Source: an uncultured Bacilli bacterium
GTDB lineage: Bacteria > Bacillota_I > Bacilli_A > RF39 > UBA660
Length of the DNA: 64,000 nt
Direction: 5' to 3'
Assembly (NCBI GenBank): GCA_944358255.1
Contig: CALVQQ010000001.1
Coordinates: forward strand, 3,295-67,294
Numbering within the stretch: position 1 is the first letter of the stretch; every line of letters begins with the position of its first letter. Below are positions 61,002 to 64,000 of this stretch, in pieces. The position numbers and the translations under genes were made by a program. The notes beneath the pieces are model-generated. The model was not told the DNA's origin. It was given only the letters and a program-made list of their open reading frames with translations, and searched no databases.

Positions 61002-61457
61002 TTATTTTTTTGTTTTAGAACAATTTTTTTCTAATTTTTGTATTTTTTTTATTCTATTGTCGTAGTTTGGTTGATTTAGAAATTCAGTTTGCATGAATTT
61101 ATCTACCATATCTTTTATAATTAGCATGCTTTTTTTGGCACTAAAACTTATTACATTTGCATTGTTGTGTGCTTTTGCATAGTATGCATCTTCTTCGTTA
61201 TCAATTTTAGCGCACATTATTCCTTTGATTTTATTTGCTGCTATGCTCATTCCTATTCCTGTGCCACAGATTAAAATTCCAAAATCTAATTTATCTTTTT
61301 TTATACCTTTACATAATAATTCTGCATAATCTACATAGTCTACTATTACTCCTGAATCTGTTCCATAATCTATAACTTCATTTTTTTTGTTTAGATATTT
61401 AATAAGTTTCTTCTTTACTTCGTATCCTCTGTGATCACTTGCAATTCCTATTTTCAT
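61002..61457 (-). CDS. rpiB: ribose-5-phosphate isomerase B (RpiB/LacA/LacB family)
   Basis: MKIGIASDHRGYEVKKKL…ILICGTGIGMSIAANK…. Confidence 0.85.
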   Translation of the reverse strand: MKIGIASDHRGYEVKKKLIKYLNKKNEVIDYGTDSGVIVDYVDYAELLCKGIKKDKLDFGILICGTGIGMSIAANKIKGIMCAKIDNEEDAYYAKAHNNANVISFSAKKSMLIIKDMVDKFMQTEFLNQPNYDNRIKKIQKLEKNCSKTKK

Positions 61458-61522
61458 TTTACCACCAATTTTATTATATCATTTACTATTATTATTTAAA
61501 ATAAAAAAAGACTTATTTGCCT

Positions 61523-61720
61523 TTATTTTATTCCATATTTATCTTTAAATTTTTGAACATTTCCTGTTTTTGCTGTCATGTGTTTTCCAGTATAAAATGA
61601 ATGACATTTTGGACATGTTTCTAATTGTATCTCCTCTAGCGTTGATTTTGTTGTAAATTCATATCCGCATGCACATTTTACTTTGCATTCTTTTAGTTCT
61701 GGATGAATTCCTTTTTTCAT
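61523..61720 (-). CDS. rpmE: 50S ribosomal protein L31 (zinc-binding type A)
   Basis: MKKGIHPE…CACG…CPKCH… Start at the second ATG, which has better SD spacing (AAAGGAGA). Confidence 0.9.
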   Translation of the reverse strand: MKKGIHPELKECKVKCACGYEFTTKSTLEEIQLETCPKCHSFYTGKHMTAKTGNVQKFKDKYGIK

Positions 61721-61804
61721 TTTCATTCTCCTTTCGCCATAGTTAATGTTAACTATAGAAACTCTTTATGTATCATATCATTTTTTGGCAATTTGTCAAT
61801 GTTT

Positions 61805-62551
61805 TTATATGATATTTTCTTTTTCTATTAGTTTTATGATTTCGTTTGATATTAAGTTATATCCTTCTAATGATGGAAATACGTTATTTTTGTTTGGTAA
61901 ATATTGAGTTTTGTTTTTGAATATTTGATATATATCTACGTAATATATGTTTTTGTCTAATAATTCGTTAAATTTTAGGTCTATGTAATTAAATATTGAA
62001 TCCATTGTAGTTTCATTCGTTTGGGAAAATGGTATTGGGTTATAGTATCCAACTAAAATAATGGGCTTTTTATTATACTTTCTAATTGTAGTAATTAGGT
62101 TGTCCATGTCAATAAACATTTGATCTATATATTCAATTATTTTTTGTTTATTTCCTATTTTTATTTTATCGTTGTATTGCTTTAGTTTGTAAAAAAGTTC
62201 GTCACTTCCTATAGAAATTGTAATTAAGTCTGCTTGCTTAAGCATGTGTGTTATTGTTAAATTTTCTTCTGTTTTTGTTGTCTCTATGTTATTAATATCA
62301 TTTATTAAATCTGTTATTCTGTAATCTGATTTGGTAAATGTTTTATAATTTGTGTTTGTTTCTTCTTTCTTCGATAGATATTTGTAAATGTAATCGGTGT
62401 AACTTTCTCCAAATGTATCAAATGGAGTTTGTCCTTTTGCGGTTCCATCTCCTAATGCTAAATAGGTTATGCTGCTGTTTGAAGTTATTTGATATATTGT
62501 AAAAATTATTATTGCGCTTATAAAAAAAATTACAAATTTAATGTATTTCAT
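61805..62551 (-). CDS. membrane-anchored SGNH/GDSL-hydrolase-like protein (nucleophile position reads GDG)
   Basis: N-terminal TM, then …YLALGDGTAKG… where GDS(L) is expected. Overall SGNH-like block spacing. Confidence 0.35.
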   Translation of the reverse strand: MKYIKFVIFFISAIIIFTIYQITSNSSITYLALGDGTAKGQTPFDTFGESYTDYIYKYLSKKEETNTNYKTFTKSDYRITDLINDINNIETTKTEENLTITHMLKQADLITISIGSDELFYKLKQYNDKIKIGNKQKIIEYIDQMFIDMDNLITTIRKYNKKPIILVGYYNPIPFSQTNETTMDSIFNYIDLKFNELLDKNIYYVDIYQIFKNKTQYLPNKNNVFPSLEGYNLISNEIIKLIEKENII

Positions 62552-62579
62552 ATTATCATTTCCTTTGTAATAATTTTAT

Positions 62580-63827
62580 TTATATTTCTTCTATTTTAGC
62601 ACCAACTTTTTGTAGTTTTGTTACTATGTCTTCATAACCCCTTAATATATGTTCTGTATTATCTATTATTGTTGTTCCTTTTGCAATCAATCCTGCTAAA
62701 ACTAGGCTTGCTCCACCTCTTAAATCACTTGCATATATTTCTTTTCCAATTAATTCTGTTTTTCCTGTTATTGTTAAAGTGTTCCCATTATATTCTGTTT
62801 TAGCTCCCATCATGTTTAAATATTCTGTATTTTTAAACCTACTTTCGTATATTGTTTCAGTAATAATTGAAGTTCCTTCTGCTTGCGTTAATAATGTGGT
62901 GAATGGTTGTTGAGCATCTGTAGGAAATCCTGGATATACAAGCGTTTTTATGTTAGATGGTTTTACTTTTTTTATTTTTGATATTGAAATCTTGTTATTA
63001 TCTATTTTATAGGTTGCTCCTACTTCTACAAGTTTGTCTAATACTGCGTTTATGTGCTCTTTAATTACGCCATCAATAGTTAAATTTTTTCCTATTAAAG
63101 CTCCAGCAATTAAATATGTTGATGCTTCTATTCTATCGGGAAATACTTCTATAATACCTTTGTCTAGTTCTTTCGTCCCTTCTATTGTTATGGTACTTGT
63201 TCCTGCACCTGTTATATGTGCTCCCATATTTATTAGAAAGGCTGCAATATTAACGATTTCTGGTTCTTTTGCAGCATTTTCTATTATAGTTGTTCCATTT
63301 GCTCCTATAGCTGCAAGCATCAAGTTTATTGTTGCACCAACACTAGCAAAGTCTAAATATATTTTTGCACCTATTAGTTCTTTTGCTGTAAGTGTGTATT
63401 TGTTTTTTTCTTGTTTTATTTTAACTCCTAATTTTTGAAAACCTTTTAAATGTAAATCTATTGGTCTATTTCCTATTTTGCATCCACCAGGAAATGATAT
63501 TTCTGCTTTTTTGAATTTTGCTAACATTGCTCCCATATAATAATATGACGCTCTCATCATTTGGCTTAATTCTTCTGGTATTTGATGATATTTTATTTTT
63601 GATGTGTCTATAGATATAGTATTATCCTCAATTGTTATTCTACAGTTTAATAACTTCATTATTTCGATTAAATATTTTATGTCATTTATTTTTGGCACAT
63701 TTAATATTGTACTGCTTGTTTTTGCCAGTATTGCAGCTGGTATTAATGCAACAGCACTATTTTTTGCTCCACTTATTTTTATAGTTCCAGTTAATTCATG
63801 TCCTCCTTCAATTTTTAATTTAGACAT
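62580..63827 (-). CDS. murA: UDP-N-acetylglucosamine 1-carboxyvinyltransferase
   Basis: MSKLKIEGGHELTGTIKISGAKNSAVALIPAAILA… Start at ATG 63825-63827 with SD GGGAGGT; the track ORF begins further upstream. Confidence 0.9.
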   Translation of the reverse strand: MSKLKIEGGHELTGTIKISGAKNSAVALIPAAILAKTSSTILNVPKINDIKYLIEIMKLLNCRITIEDNTISIDTSKIKYHQIPEELSQMMRASYYYMGAMLAKFKKAEISFPGGCKIGNRPIDLHLKGFQKLGVKIKQEKNKYTLTAKELIGAKIYLDFASVGATINLMLAAIGANGTTIIENAAKEPEIVNIAAFLINMGAHITGAGTSTITIEGTKELDKGIIEVFPDRIEASTYLIAGALIGKNLTIDGVIKEHINAVLDKLVEVGATYKIDNNKISISKIKKVKPSNIKTLVYPGFPTDAQQPFTTLLTQAEGTSIITETIYESRFKNTEYLNMMGAKTEYNGNTLTITGKTELIGKEIYASDLRGGASLVLAGLIAKGTTIIDNTEHILRGYEDIVTKLQKVGAKIEEI

Positions 63828-63840
63828 TTTAAACCTCCCT

Positions 63841-64000
63841 TTATGCTTTGTTGTTACTTCCAAATACATGTATTAAATTTGATACAACTTTTTTTATCTC
63901 TACTCCTGTTGATTTTATTATGAAAACTGGGTCTGTTTCGTTTGGATTATCATTTAAAAATTTTCTTATTGATTTAGTCCAAGCTTGCTTGAGTTCAGTA
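63841..64000 (-). CDS. hypothetical protein, C-terminal 52 aa (partial, continues beyond window end)
   Basis: Open minus-strand frame …TELKQAWTKSIRKFLNDNPNETDPVFIIKSTGVEIKKVVSNLIHVFGSNNKA* ending 14 nt upstream of murA. Confidence 0.3.
   Translation of the reverse strand, partial: TELKQAWTKSIRKFLNDNPNETDPVFIIKSTGVEIKKVVSNLIHVFGSNNKA

Noticed and set aside
1-64000. Possibility that this is a Mollicute genome using UGA as Trp (translation table 4), suggested by the extreme AT-richness
   Set aside because: prfB (RF2) is present with its UGA-dependent CUU-UGA-C autoregulatory frameshift site. Many conserved genes end in TGA. Sporulation genes (spo0A, spoIID, spoIIID) indicate an endospore-forming Firmicute.

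Overview
The window is a very AT-rich, low-GC Firmicute chromosome segment, almost all on the minus strand. TGA is a stop codon here: prfB keeps its UGA-dependent +1 frameshift site, and the organism carries spo0A, spoIID, spoIIQ-like, spoIIID, a gerQ-like gene and whiA, so this is a spore-former and not a Mollicute. Positions 1-13.2 kb hold the complete S10-spc-alpha ribosomal protein superoperon on the minus strand (rpsJ through rpoA, including secY, adk, map, infA and rpmJ). Its sigma-A promoter and a GC-enriched leader lie at 13.19-13.35 kb. Next come a HAD hydrolase and gpmI, with spo0A sitting unusually between gpmI and tpiA-pgk. These are followed by gap, a TGS-uridine-kinase fusion, clpP, whiA, the ftsE-ftsX-M23 peptidase triad, a D-Ala-D-Ala carboxypeptidase, a DUF1846 protein, prfB (programmed +1 frameshift, translationally coupled to a PduL-like phosphotransacylase), a GerQ-like protein, a LemA-like protein, ung, an AGCS transporter, a CBS-type family II pyrophosphatase, murE, rlmH, a WalJ-like MBL hydrolase, an M23/LysM peptidase, dnaB and rplI. 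Positions 42-47.4 kb are accessory-like: an XRE repressor with a palindromic operator and a long 5' hairpin, a beta-helix surface protein, a homopolymer-frameshifted UgtP-like glycosyltransferase, and an orphan papain-fold-like ORF in a gene-poor AT-rich tract. Positions 47.4-52.5 kb are a degenerate integrative element inserted at the 3' end of secA and bounded by an imperfect direct repeat of the secA terminus. It carries a frameshifted tyrosine integrase, a second integrase N-terminal stub, a truncated IS21 istB, a GH3 (NagZ/YbbD-like) lipoprotein and two membrane ORFs. Downstream are secA, hpf and a cold-shock protein. An agr-type quorum-sensing locus follows: agrB plus a cysteine-free agrD on the plus strand, convergent with agrA-agrC on the minus strand. 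It is directly adjacent to a spoIID, spoIIQ-like, spoIIID sporulation cluster, then rpiB, rpmE, an SGNH-like protein and murA. No rRNA, tRNA or CRISPR was found. Three independent gene disruptions all sit in homopolymer runs and all need +1 nt, so an assembly artefact must be excluded before calling them pseudogenes.
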